DNA from: an uncultured Actinomycetes bacterium
GTDB lineage: Bacteria; Actinomycetota; Thermoleophilia; Gaiellales; F1-60-MAGs149
Direction: 5' to 3'
Assembly: GCA_903873565.1 (NCBI GenBank)
Contig: CAIQOY010000043.1
Location: 1 to 39,410 of the forward strand
DNA length: 39,410 nt
The notes beneath the pieces were generated by a model that had not been told where the DNA came from, ran no database searches, and worked only from the letters and a program-made list of their open reading frames with translations. Of this stretch, positions 33,138-39,410 are shown in pieces. Positions within the stretch are counted from its first letter, which is position 1, and every line of letters starts with the position of its first letter. The translations under genes and the position numbers were made by a program.

Positions 33138-34507
33138 CAGTGGTCCTCCGGGTTGCCGAGCTGGCCCACGAGGTGCTCGGGCAGGTCGTCGCCCGAGCGC
33201 ATCGCGGCGGTCATGGTGCGGTAGTCGGCCGGCAGCTCGTGGCCGGTCGCCTCCGCGATCGCCTTGACGACCGGGACGGTCGAGGGGTCGGTGTAGACGA
33301 CGCCGTTCGGCGAGGTGTCGCCGAGCCGGTTCGCGTTCTTGAGCCGGAACTCGAGCGGGTCCATGCCGATCGCGCGCGCGCAGCGCTCGATGTGGATCTC
33401 CGTCGCGAACGAGACGCTGGTCACGCCGAATCCCCGCATGGCGGTCGACGGGACCCGGTTCGTGTAGACGACGTACCCGTTGAACTCGAGGTTCGGGATC
33501 GTGTACGCGCCCGTGTGGTGGAAGGAGTGCTTGGTGACGCCGTACGGCGAGAAGCGCGAGTACGCGCCCGCGTCGTGCAGGGTCAGCATCTTGCGGCCGA
33601 GGATCCAGCCGTCCTTCGTGATCGCGTCGGCGACCTCCATGTGCCAGCCGGCGCGGGTCGACGAGCAGAGGAACTCCTCCTCGCGGGTCCAGCGCCAGCG
33701 CACGGGGCGCTGGGCCTTGACGGCGAGGAGGACCGTGATCGTCTCGGAGGCCGTGTCGACCTTGCCGCCGAAGCCGGAGCCGGTCGTGCCGCCGATGAAC
33801 TTGAGCCGGTTGAGCGGCCAGTCCAGGTGCGCGGCGACGACGCCCATCGAGAAGTACATCGCCTGCGTGGCCGAGTAGACCGTGTAGCGGCCGTCGGCCT
33901 CGGGCACGACCTGCGTGACCTGGGTCTCCATCGGCACGTGCTCCATCGGGTACGGCCGGTAGACGCCCGTCACGATGTGGTCCGCCTGCTCGAAGGCCCA
34001 GTCGACGTCGCCCTTGCGGATCTGGCGGCGGTCCATCTGGCCCTCGAAGTCGGGGTACCAGTTCTGGTTGTCGTGCGCCTGCGGGGCGTTCGGCTCGAAC
34101 GCCCTGCGGATGTCGAAGAGCGGCTCGAGCTCCCTGTAGGTGACCTCGATCGCCTCGGTCGCGCGCAGGGCGGTCGCCTCGTCGACGGCCGCCACGGCGG
34201 CGATCGGCTGGCCGAGGTAGCGGACGTGCGTCGCGGCGAGCAGCGGCTCGTCGCCGGGGACGCCGAGCCCCTCGATGTGGCCGTGGACGTTCTTGTGGAC
34301 GTCCGCGTGGGTGACGACGGCGAACACGCCCTCCATCGCCTCGGCCTTCGAGGTGTCGATCGAGAGGATCTCCGCGTTGTGGTGCGGCGAGCGCAGCGCC
34401 TTCGCCCACAGCGTCCCCGGGATGCGCACGTCGTCGACGTAGCGGGTCCCGGCGGTGACGTGGGCGCCGGCGTCGTAGCGCGGCAGCCGCTGGCCGACGA
34501 CCTTCAC
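33137..34507 (-). CDS. Molybdenum hydroxylase, N-terminal Moco-binding subunit (NdhL-like, 456 aa)
   Basis: VGQRLPRYDAGAHVTAGTRYVDD a/b-hammerhead N-terminus, GGTTGSGFGGK, STAMRGFG motifs. The GTG start overlaps the stop of the 2Fe-2S subunit gene (GTGA). Confidence 0.85.
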   Translation of the reverse strand: MKVVGQRLPRYDAGAHVTAGTRYVDDVRIPGTLWAKALRSPHHNAEILSIDTSKAEAMEGVFAVVTHADVHKNVHGHIEGLGVPGDEPLLAATHVRYLGQPIAAVAAVDEATALRATEAIEVTYRELEPLFDIRRAFEPNAPQAHDNQNWYPDFEGQMDRRQIRKGDVDWAFEQADHIVTGVYRPYPMEHVPMETQVTQVVPEADGRYTVYSATQAMYFSMGVVAAHLDWPLNRLKFIGGTTGSGFGGKVDTASETITVLLAVKAQRPVRWRWTREEEFLCSSTRAGWHMEVADAITKDGWILGRKMLTLHDAGAYSRFSPYGVTKHSFHHTGAYTIPNLEFNGYVVYTNRVPSTAMRGFGVTSVSFATEIHIERCARAIGMDPLEFRLKNANRLGDTSPNGVVYTDPSTVPVVKAIAEATGHELPADYRTMTAAMRSGDDLPEHLVGQLGNPEDH

Positions 34508-35025
34508 CGCTCCACCCCCTTGATGGTCGTGTTGGCGCCGACGGCGGTCTCCTCGAGGTCGAAGGTCTCGCCGCGGGCGGCGGCCTGGACGGCCGCGATG
34601 ATCTTGACGTAGCCGGTGCAGCGGCAGGCGTGCCCGCCGAGCGCCTCGACGATCGCGTCGCGGTCGTCGGTCCCGCCCTGCTCGAGGTAGGCCGTGGCGG
34701 CCATCAGGAAGCCGCTGGCGCAGAACCCGCACTGGGCGGCGTAGTGGTGGATCCAGGCCTGCTGGAGCGGCGTCAGCTCGCCGCCGGCGGGGGCGAGGCC
34801 CTCGACGGTGCGGATCGCGGTGCCGCGCGCGGCCTCGACGGGCATCAGGCAGGAGCGGCGCGCCTCGCCGTCGACGATGACGGTGCAGGCGCCGCAGCCG
34901 CCGTGCTGGCAGGAGGCCTTGGGGCTGGTGATCGAGAGATCCTCCCGCAGCACGTGCAGGAGCGGCGTGAGGGGCTCGGCCTCCACGACCTGGGCCGTGC
35001 CGTTGACGGTGAACTCGATGCTCAT
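34504..35025 (-). CDS. (2Fe-2S)-binding small subunit of the molybdenum hydroxylase
   Basis: CQHGGCGACTV...C (plant-type cluster) plus QCGFCASG...CRCTGY (second cluster). The ATG overlaps the stop of the FAD-subunit gene (ATGA). Confidence 0.92.
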   Translation of the reverse strand: MSIEFTVNGTAQVVEAEPLTPLLHVLREDLSITSPKASCQHGGCGACTVIVDGEARRSCLMPVEAARGTAIRTVEGLAPAGGELTPLQQAWIHHYAAQCGFCASGFLMAATAYLEQGGTDDRDAIVEALGGHACRCTGYVKIIAAVQAAARGETFDLEETAVGANTTIKGVER

Positions 35026-35801
35026 GCGGCCTCCCGGAGCTGCTCGAGCGCGCGGCGGACGAGGATGGGCAGGGTCTGCTCGCGGTACCAGGCGGAGGCG
35101 ACCGCGTCGTCGGCGAGCTGGACGTCGGCGAGCGCCGCCCGCCCGGCGGCCTCGGGGTCGTCGGCCTTCGCCTCGGCCGAGGGGAGGCGCAGCCCGTGCG
35201 GGCCGGCGCCGGTCGCGGCGAGGCGGATGCCGTCCGCGCCGCGGACGGCGCTGACCGCGAGGGCCGTGTACTCGTGCGTGTGCTGGCGGTCGAGGTAGGC
35301 GTAGGCGCCGGGCGCCTCGTCGTACGCGACGTCGAGGACCAGCCGGCCGGCCCGCTGCGCCAGGAAGTCCTCGACGGGCTCGGTGCGCTCGCCGCCCTTG
35401 CCGGCGGAGCGGACGTGCGCCCCGAGGGCGATCATCACGCCCTGCAGGTCGCCGCGCGGCGCCTCGAAGTTGGCGGCGCAGAGGTTGCCGCCGACGGTGG
35501 CCTGGCGGCGCACCTCGCCGTCGGCGATGTGCGCGACGCACGACGCGACCGGGTCGGGCAGGCCCGCGAGCTCCGCCAGCGGCGTGCCGGCGCCGATCGT
35601 GACGCGGCCCCCGTCGCGGGCGATGCCGCCGAGGCCGGCGCGGTGGAGCATCAGCGCGGTGGCCGGGCGCTCGAAGCCGAGCTGGATGTTGGGGACGACG
35701 ATCGTGCCGCCCCCGACGACGAGCGTGCCGTCGCCGTCGCCGAACATCTCCACGGCCTCAGCCGGGGACGTCGGGATCAGTACTGCTGGTCCGTGAGCCA
35801 T
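35022..35801 (-). CDS. FAD-binding subunit of the molybdenum hydroxylase (CoxM/XdhB-like)
   Basis: LVVGGGTIVVPN FAD motif, RRQATVGGNL. 259 aa. RBS GGGAGA. Confidence 0.85.
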   Translation of the reverse strand: MAHGPAVLIPTSPAEAVEMFGDGDGTLVVGGGTIVVPNIQLGFERPATALMLHRAGLGGIARDGGRVTIGAGTPLAELAGLPDPVASCVAHIADGEVRRQATVGGNLCAANFEAPRGDLQGVMIALGAHVRSAGKGGERTEPVEDFLAQRAGRLVLDVAYDEAPGAYAYLDRQHTHEYTALAVSAVRGADGIRLAATGAGPHGLRLPSAEAKADDPEAAGRAALADVQLADDAVASAWYREQTLPILVRRALEQLREAA

Positions 35802-35819
35802 TCTCCCTACCCATGTCCG

Positions 35820-35837
35820 GCGGGGCTCGCGCCCCGC
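35820..35837 (-). other. GC-rich stem-loop between gntR and the hydroxylase operon (possible terminator/attenuator)
   Basis: GCGGGGC-TCGC-GCCCCGC in the 67-nt gap. Confidence 0.4.
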
Positions 35838-35868
35838 TCCTCCTCACCGCACAGGCGGCAGGGGCAGA

Positions 35869-36624
35869 CTACGGATTGGACTGACCACTTTCAAGTCGGG
35901 CGCGCGCCTCGATGGCCCGCTGGAGCCAGCGGCGGATGTCCTCGAGGTGCTCGCGCATGGCCTGCCCCGCGACCGCGGGGTCGCCCGTCTCGATCGCCGC
36001 GATGATGTCCTCGTGGGCCTCGAGCGTGCGGTCGAGGATGTCCTCGCCCTCCATGATCCGCTCGCGCAGGCTGGCCCCGAGGTGCCAGACCGAGTCGATC
36101 AGCTCGAGCAGGAGCGCGTTGCCGGCCAGCTCGTGGATCGCGCGGTGGAACTTGCGGTCCGCCGCGAGGTTCGCGATGCCGTCCTGGTCGCGGGTGATCC
36201 CCGCGGCGAGGCGGCGCAGGCGCTGCACGTCGCGCTTGGTGGCGCGCTGCGCCGCGAGCTCGGCGGCGCCCACCTCGAGCATGCCGCGCACGTCCATCAG
36301 CTGGCTGGCCGAGGTCGCGTTGCGCTCCACCGCGAAGATCAGCGGCGTGGCGAGGCGCTCGGTGGAGAGGTCGGTGACGTAGGTGCCGGAGCCCTGCCGC
36401 GCGGTCAGGACGCCCATCGACGACAGCGTCCGGATCGCCTCGCGCACGGTGGAGCGCGACACGTTGAGCTGGACGGCGAGGTCCCGCTCGACCGGGAGCC
36501 GGTCGCCGGGGCGCAGGCCGAGGCGCTCGATCATCTCGAGCAGGAGGTCGGCCGTCGCGGTGCCCGTGGCGCCGCGCGGGGCGGCCGGCGCGGTGGGACG
36601 GGTGCTGCGCGTGGACGGCGGCAT
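35869..36624 (-). CDS. GntR-family transcriptional regulator, FadR subfamily (FCD effector domain)
   Basis: HTH region ERDLAVQLNVSRSTVREAIRTLSSMGVLTARQGSGTYV. All-helical C-terminal domain with FHRAIHELAGN. ATG at 36624. Confidence 0.9.
   Translation of the reverse strand: MPPSTRSTRPTAPAAPRGATGTATADLLLEMIERLGLRPGDRLPVERDLAVQLNVSRSTVREAIRTLSSMGVLTARQGSGTYVTDLSTERLATPLIFAVERNATSASQLMDVRGMLEVGAAELAAQRATKRDVQRLRRLAAGITRDQDGIANLAADRKFHRAIHELAGNALLLELIDSVWHLGASLRERIMEGEDILDRTLEAHEDIIAAIETGDPAVAGQAMREHLEDIRRWLQRAIEARARLESGQSNP
35877..35887. promoter_or_regulatory. Imperfect operator-like copy (TGGACTGACCA; one mismatch to the palindrome)
   Basis: Lies in the last codons of gntR, about 75 nt upstream of the FAD-subunit start. 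Confidence 0.3.
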
Positions 36625-36629
36625 CGGCG

Positions 36630-37112
36630 TCAGCGGGCGCCCTGCTCGAGCGCGTCGAGGAAGAGCGAGGCGCGCAGGTTCCACTCGGACTGGGGGAACG
36701 CCTCCTCGAGCCGGCGCAGCGGCACCTTCGCCTGGTCGACGCCGGTGACGTCGCGGCAGACCAGTTCGATCAGGTTGCCGCCCGGGTCGACCAGGTACAT
36801 CTGGCCGGCGCCGTCCGGCAGGAGGTTCGCCGCCGCGAAGCCCGGCACCTCGACCAGGCAGCCCCGGCGGACCGCCTCGACGAACAGCTCCTCGAAGTTG
36901 TCGACCTCGAGGCCGAGATGGTGGCGGCTGGTCGGCGGCTCGCCCTCGGGGAACAGGTGGACCTGGCGCTGGCCGGCGCGCAGCCACTCCGTGCGCACGC
37001 CGAAGTTCGGTCCGGGGATGTGCTCCATGCCGAGGAAGTCGACGTAGAACGCGAGGGACTCGTCGAAGTCCTTGACGGAGATGCTGACGTGGTTGAGGTC
37101 GGTGACGCCCAT
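36630..37112 (-). CDS. VOC-family (glyoxalase/bleomycin-resistance/dioxygenase) protein
   Basis: LNHVSISVKDFDESLAFYVDFLGME and HHLGLEV metal-ligand pattern. 160 aa. Confidence 0.85.
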   Translation of the reverse strand: MGVTDLNHVSISVKDFDESLAFYVDFLGMEHIPGPNFGVRTEWLRAGQRQVHLFPEGEPPTSRHHLGLEVDNFEELFVEAVRRGCLVEVPGFAAANLLPDGAGQMYLVDPGGNLIELVCRDVTGVDQAKVPLRRLEEAFPQSEWNLRASLFLDALEQGAR

Positions 37113-37137
37113 CGCCGTACGGGGGGGTACGCGGGAA

Positions 37138-37150
37138 ATGGTCTGACCAC
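37138..37150. promoter_or_regulatory. Candidate GntR/FadR-type operator (ATGGTCTGACCAC)
   Basis: Perfect TGGTC-T-GACCA inverted repeat about 27 nt upstream of the VOC-gntR operon start codon. This implies autoregulation. Confidence 0.6.
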
Positions 37151-37191
37151 GATAGTGGCTCTCGCCGGTGCTGGGAAGGGGCGGGTTCCGG

Positions 37192-38394
37192 CTAGCCCGA
37201 CCGGTCGCGGACCCCGCGGCGCAGGCGCGCCGCGGACAGGGTCGACGCGCACGCCGCGATCGCCAGGGCGCCGATGGGGAAGGTCAGCAGCACGAGGTCG
37301 AAGTTCCCGGTCAGATCGCGCAGGGCGCCGAGCAGGGTCGGCGCGAGCGCGGTCACGATGTAGCCGATGAAGAGCATCATCCCGGCGACGGCGCCGACGT
37401 CCACGGGGTGGTCGGCGACGTCGAGGGGCAGGCTCATCGAGATCGTGAACATCGCCCCGTTGGCGAGGCCGGCGAAGATGATCCACGCGCCGGCGCCACC
37501 GGGGGCGAGGGCCAGGAGCAGGGAGGAGACGGCCATCGTCGAGGCGGCGATCAGCATCCCGCGCCGGCGCGAGACCCGCGCCCCGGCGATCCCGACCGCG
37601 ATCGCCGCGGGCACGGTGGCGATGTTGAAGGCGGCGGCCAGCCAGCCGGTGGTCGCCTGCGACCAGCCGAGCTCGACGTAGGCGGCGGGGAGCCACGCGG
37701 TCAGGCCGTAGTAGATGATCCCCATCACGCTGAACATCGCCACGAACACCCAGGCGATGCCGCTGCGCAGCGGGAAGCGCGGGAACACCCCGGGCGGGCG
37801 GGCGCGGGGCGCGGAGCGGGCCATCAGCGCCCAGCCCGCCAGCGACACGACGGCGGCGAGCGAGAACGCCAGCAGGGTGAAGCGCCAGCCGTCCAGCCAG
37901 ACGGCGAGGGGCACGGCGAGGACGGCGGCCAGCGAGGATCCGAGCTGGATGGCCGCGGTGTAGACGCTGGTCAGGAGCAGCGGGTGGTCGGCGAAGCGCT
38001 CCTTGACCGCGACCACCATCAGGGCGTTGCCGAGGCCCATCCCGGCGCCCACGATGAAGGTCAGCGCCAGCAGGCTGACCGCGCCCGGGGCGACGACGCG
38101 CAGGAGGCCCGCGATGGCGATCAGCGCCACGGCGACGGTGACGGCGCGGACGGCGCCGACGCGGCCGGCCAGGACCGGGGCGATCGGCGCGAAGACGCCC
38201 ATGCAGAGCAGGGGGATCGTGAGCAGGAGGCCCGCGACCGCGTGCGAGATGCCGAGGGAGGCCTGGATGTCGGGGAGGAGCGGCCCGAGCCCCACGATCT
38301 GCGGGCGCAGGGTCAGCGCGGCCAGCGAGAGGCCGATCAGGAGCGGCATCCGCTCGCCGATGCGGGCGGGCGCGTCCGCGGCGAGGTGGCCCAC
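37192..38394 (-). CDS. MFS transporter, CynX/cyanate-permease-like family (paralog 2)
   Basis: Colinear, gapless similarity to 19252-20448 (for example LTLRPQ, SLGIS, GLANGAMFT, LRDLTG.FDLVL). The start is 4 nt after the upstream stop. Confidence 0.8.
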   Translation of the reverse strand: MGHLAADAPARIGERMPLLIGLSLAALTLRPQIVGLGPLLPDIQASLGISHAVAGLLLTIPLLCMGVFAPIAPVLAGRVGAVRAVTVAVALIAIAGLLRVVAPGAVSLLALTFIVGAGMGLGNALMVVAVKERFADHPLLLTSVYTAAIQLGSSLAAVLAVPLAVWLDGWRFTLLAFSLAAVVSLAGWALMARSAPRARPPGVFPRFPLRSGIAWVFVAMFSVMGIIYYGLTAWLPAAYVELGWSQATTGWLAAAFNIATVPAAIAVGIAGARVSRRRGMLIAASTMAVSSLLLALAPGGAGAWIIFAGLANGAMFTISMSLPLDVADHPVDVGAVAGMMLFIGYIVTALAPTLLGALRDLTGNFDLVLLTFPIGALAIAACASTLSAARLRRGVRDRSG

Positions 38395-38398
38395 GGCG

Positions 38399-39367
38399 CT
38401 AGCGCTGCGGGACGATGACGGCGCCCGCGGCGATGAGGGCGCGGAAGCGCCCGATCGTCTCGGCGACGCCCTCGTCCAGGGGGTAGCGGGGGACCGCCCC
38501 GACCACGCGGTCGAACCCGGAGGCGTCGACCGACGGCGGGAACGGCAGCTGCACGTCGTCGAGGGTGATCTCGGCCTCCGGCACCACCGCGCGGATCGCG
38601 GCGATGATGTCCTGCATCGACACCTCGTCGCCCGGCAGGTTGACCACGCAGGCGCCGTCGTAGTCGCTGCGGGCCGCGGCGATGAACGCGCGGGCCGCGT
38701 CGCGGCCGTGCTGGTAGACGGCGCGGCCGCCGTAGCTGATGTGGAAGGGCTCGCCCTGCGCGGCGGCCAGCATCGCCATGTTCGGGGACGAGGTGACGCC
38801 CTGGTCGCGGCCGACGCCGTAGACCACGTACGGGCGCAGCCCGATCGACGAGAGGCCGCGGTCGGCGTGGTAGACGGCGGCCGACTCCTCGTTGGCCCGC
38901 TTGTAGACGCCGTAGAGGGTGTGCGGCTTGCCCTGCGGGTCGGCGGCGGCGACGCCGTCGACGGTGGGCTCGTCCTCGCCCCCGTAGGCGGCGACGGAGC
39001 TCGCGTACGAGAAGACGCGATCGGGGAGGTGCTCGGCCATCGCCTCGAGCAGCGCGACCGTGCCGACCACGTTGACGCGCGCCCCGCCGACGGGGTCGGC
39101 CTTGCAGAACGGCACCTGCAGCGCGGCGAGGTGGACGACGTGCGTGGGGCGGTGCTCGGCGAAGCAGGCCATCACCTGATCGGCGTCCGTGATGTCGAGC
39201 GCGACGCGGGTCAGGCCGGACGGGTGCTCCCCGACGAGGTTGCGCAGGCGGTGGTCGCTCGACCCGAGGTCGGCGACGATCACCTCGCAGCCCTCGGCGA
39301 GCAGCTCGTGCGCGGCCCAGGCGCCGATGCAGCCGAGGCCGCCGGTGACGAGGAAGCGATCCGCCAT
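38399..39367 (-). CDS. NAD-dependent epimerase/dehydratase (extended SDR)
   Basis: FLVTGGLGCIGAW Rossmann motif and catalytic YGVYK. Confidence 0.88.
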   Translation of the reverse strand: MADRFLVTGGLGCIGAWAAHELLAEGCEVIVADLGSSDHRLRNLVGEHPSGLTRVALDITDADQVMACFAEHRPTHVVHLAALQVPFCKADPVGGARVNVVGTVALLEAMAEHLPDRVFSYASSVAAYGGEDEPTVDGVAAADPQGKPHTLYGVYKRANEESAAVYHADRGLSSIGLRPYVVYGVGRDQGVTSSPNMAMLAAAQGEPFHISYGGRAVYQHGRDAARAFIAAARSDYDGACVVNLPGDEVSMQDIIAAIRAVVPEAEITLDDVQLPFPPSVDASGFDRVVGAVPRYPLDEGVAETIGRFRALIAAGAVIVPQR

Positions 39368-39410
39368 GGTCGGGGGAGGATGGCAGACGCGGCGGGTCCG
39401 TGCGACCGGC

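Noticed and set aside
33130-33145. The split of the Moco subunit as a frameshift or pseudogene.
   Set aside because: Both parts are full-length with intact motifs. The junction is a clean TGATG stop/start overlap like the other coupled junctions here, and a four-subunit precedent exists. This cannot be excluded without reads or orthologues.
32031-34409. A 792-aa ORF that could be read as a single large Moco subunit.
   Set aside because: Its first 424 aa are Arg/Gly/Pro junk, out of frame with the genuine N-terminal Moco gene (33137-34507). The recognisable sequence begins at MAKAVGRG (ATG 33137).

Overview
This is a very GC-rich, densely coding chromosomal segment of actinobacterial type. 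I support 44 CDS and one tRNA-Lys(CUU). I saw no transposase, integrase, phage gene, CRISPR array or rRNA. Many adjacent genes overlap by 4 nt (GTGA or ATGA), which indicates translationally coupled operons. Most long Arg/Pro/Gly-rich ORFs in the six-frame track are GC-driven artefacts.

Left part (1-19.2 kb):
- An MFS gene fragment at the window edge.
- A tightly coupled minus-strand operon: ccmA-ccmB-ccmC-ccmD-like-hemC-cobA/hemD.
- A histidine-ammonia-lyase-like gene that lacks the Ala-Ser-Gly MIO triad.
- A PfkB kinase and a small membrane protein.
- tatA-tatC coupled to a deaminase-type amidohydrolase and a TPR membrane protein.
- tRNA-Lys, followed by an orphan Cys-rich secreted protein.
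- A divergent Ntn-hydrolase / MFS / amidohydrolase-3 cluster.
- A CXXCH haem-binding-domain membrane protein and an Old Yellow Enzyme.

Right part (about 19.2-38.4 kb), which is the most interesting region: a roughly 17-kb catabolic island bracketed by two paralogous CynX-like MFS genes. It encodes:
- an SDR;
- an ABM / RidA / isochorismatase-like (Cys to Ser) / SMP-30 lactonase operon;
- a HAAT-type ABC importer;
- a bacterial split Tm-1 pair (UPF0261 plus PEP-hydrolase-like TIM barrel);
- two cupins;
- a four-subunit molybdenum hydroxylase whose Moco subunit is split in two (NdhFSLM-like architecture);
- a FadR-type GntR regulator and a VOC protein.

A recurring palindrome, TGGTC-N-GACCA, sits at the promoter regions of these operons. 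By eye it occurs nowhere else in the window, which suggests one regulon for an uncharacterised pathway, probably for an N-heterocyclic or organic acid substrate.

All functional calls come from motif recognition by eye. No database search was run. Hand-derived coordinates of non-coding elements may be off by 1-2 nt.
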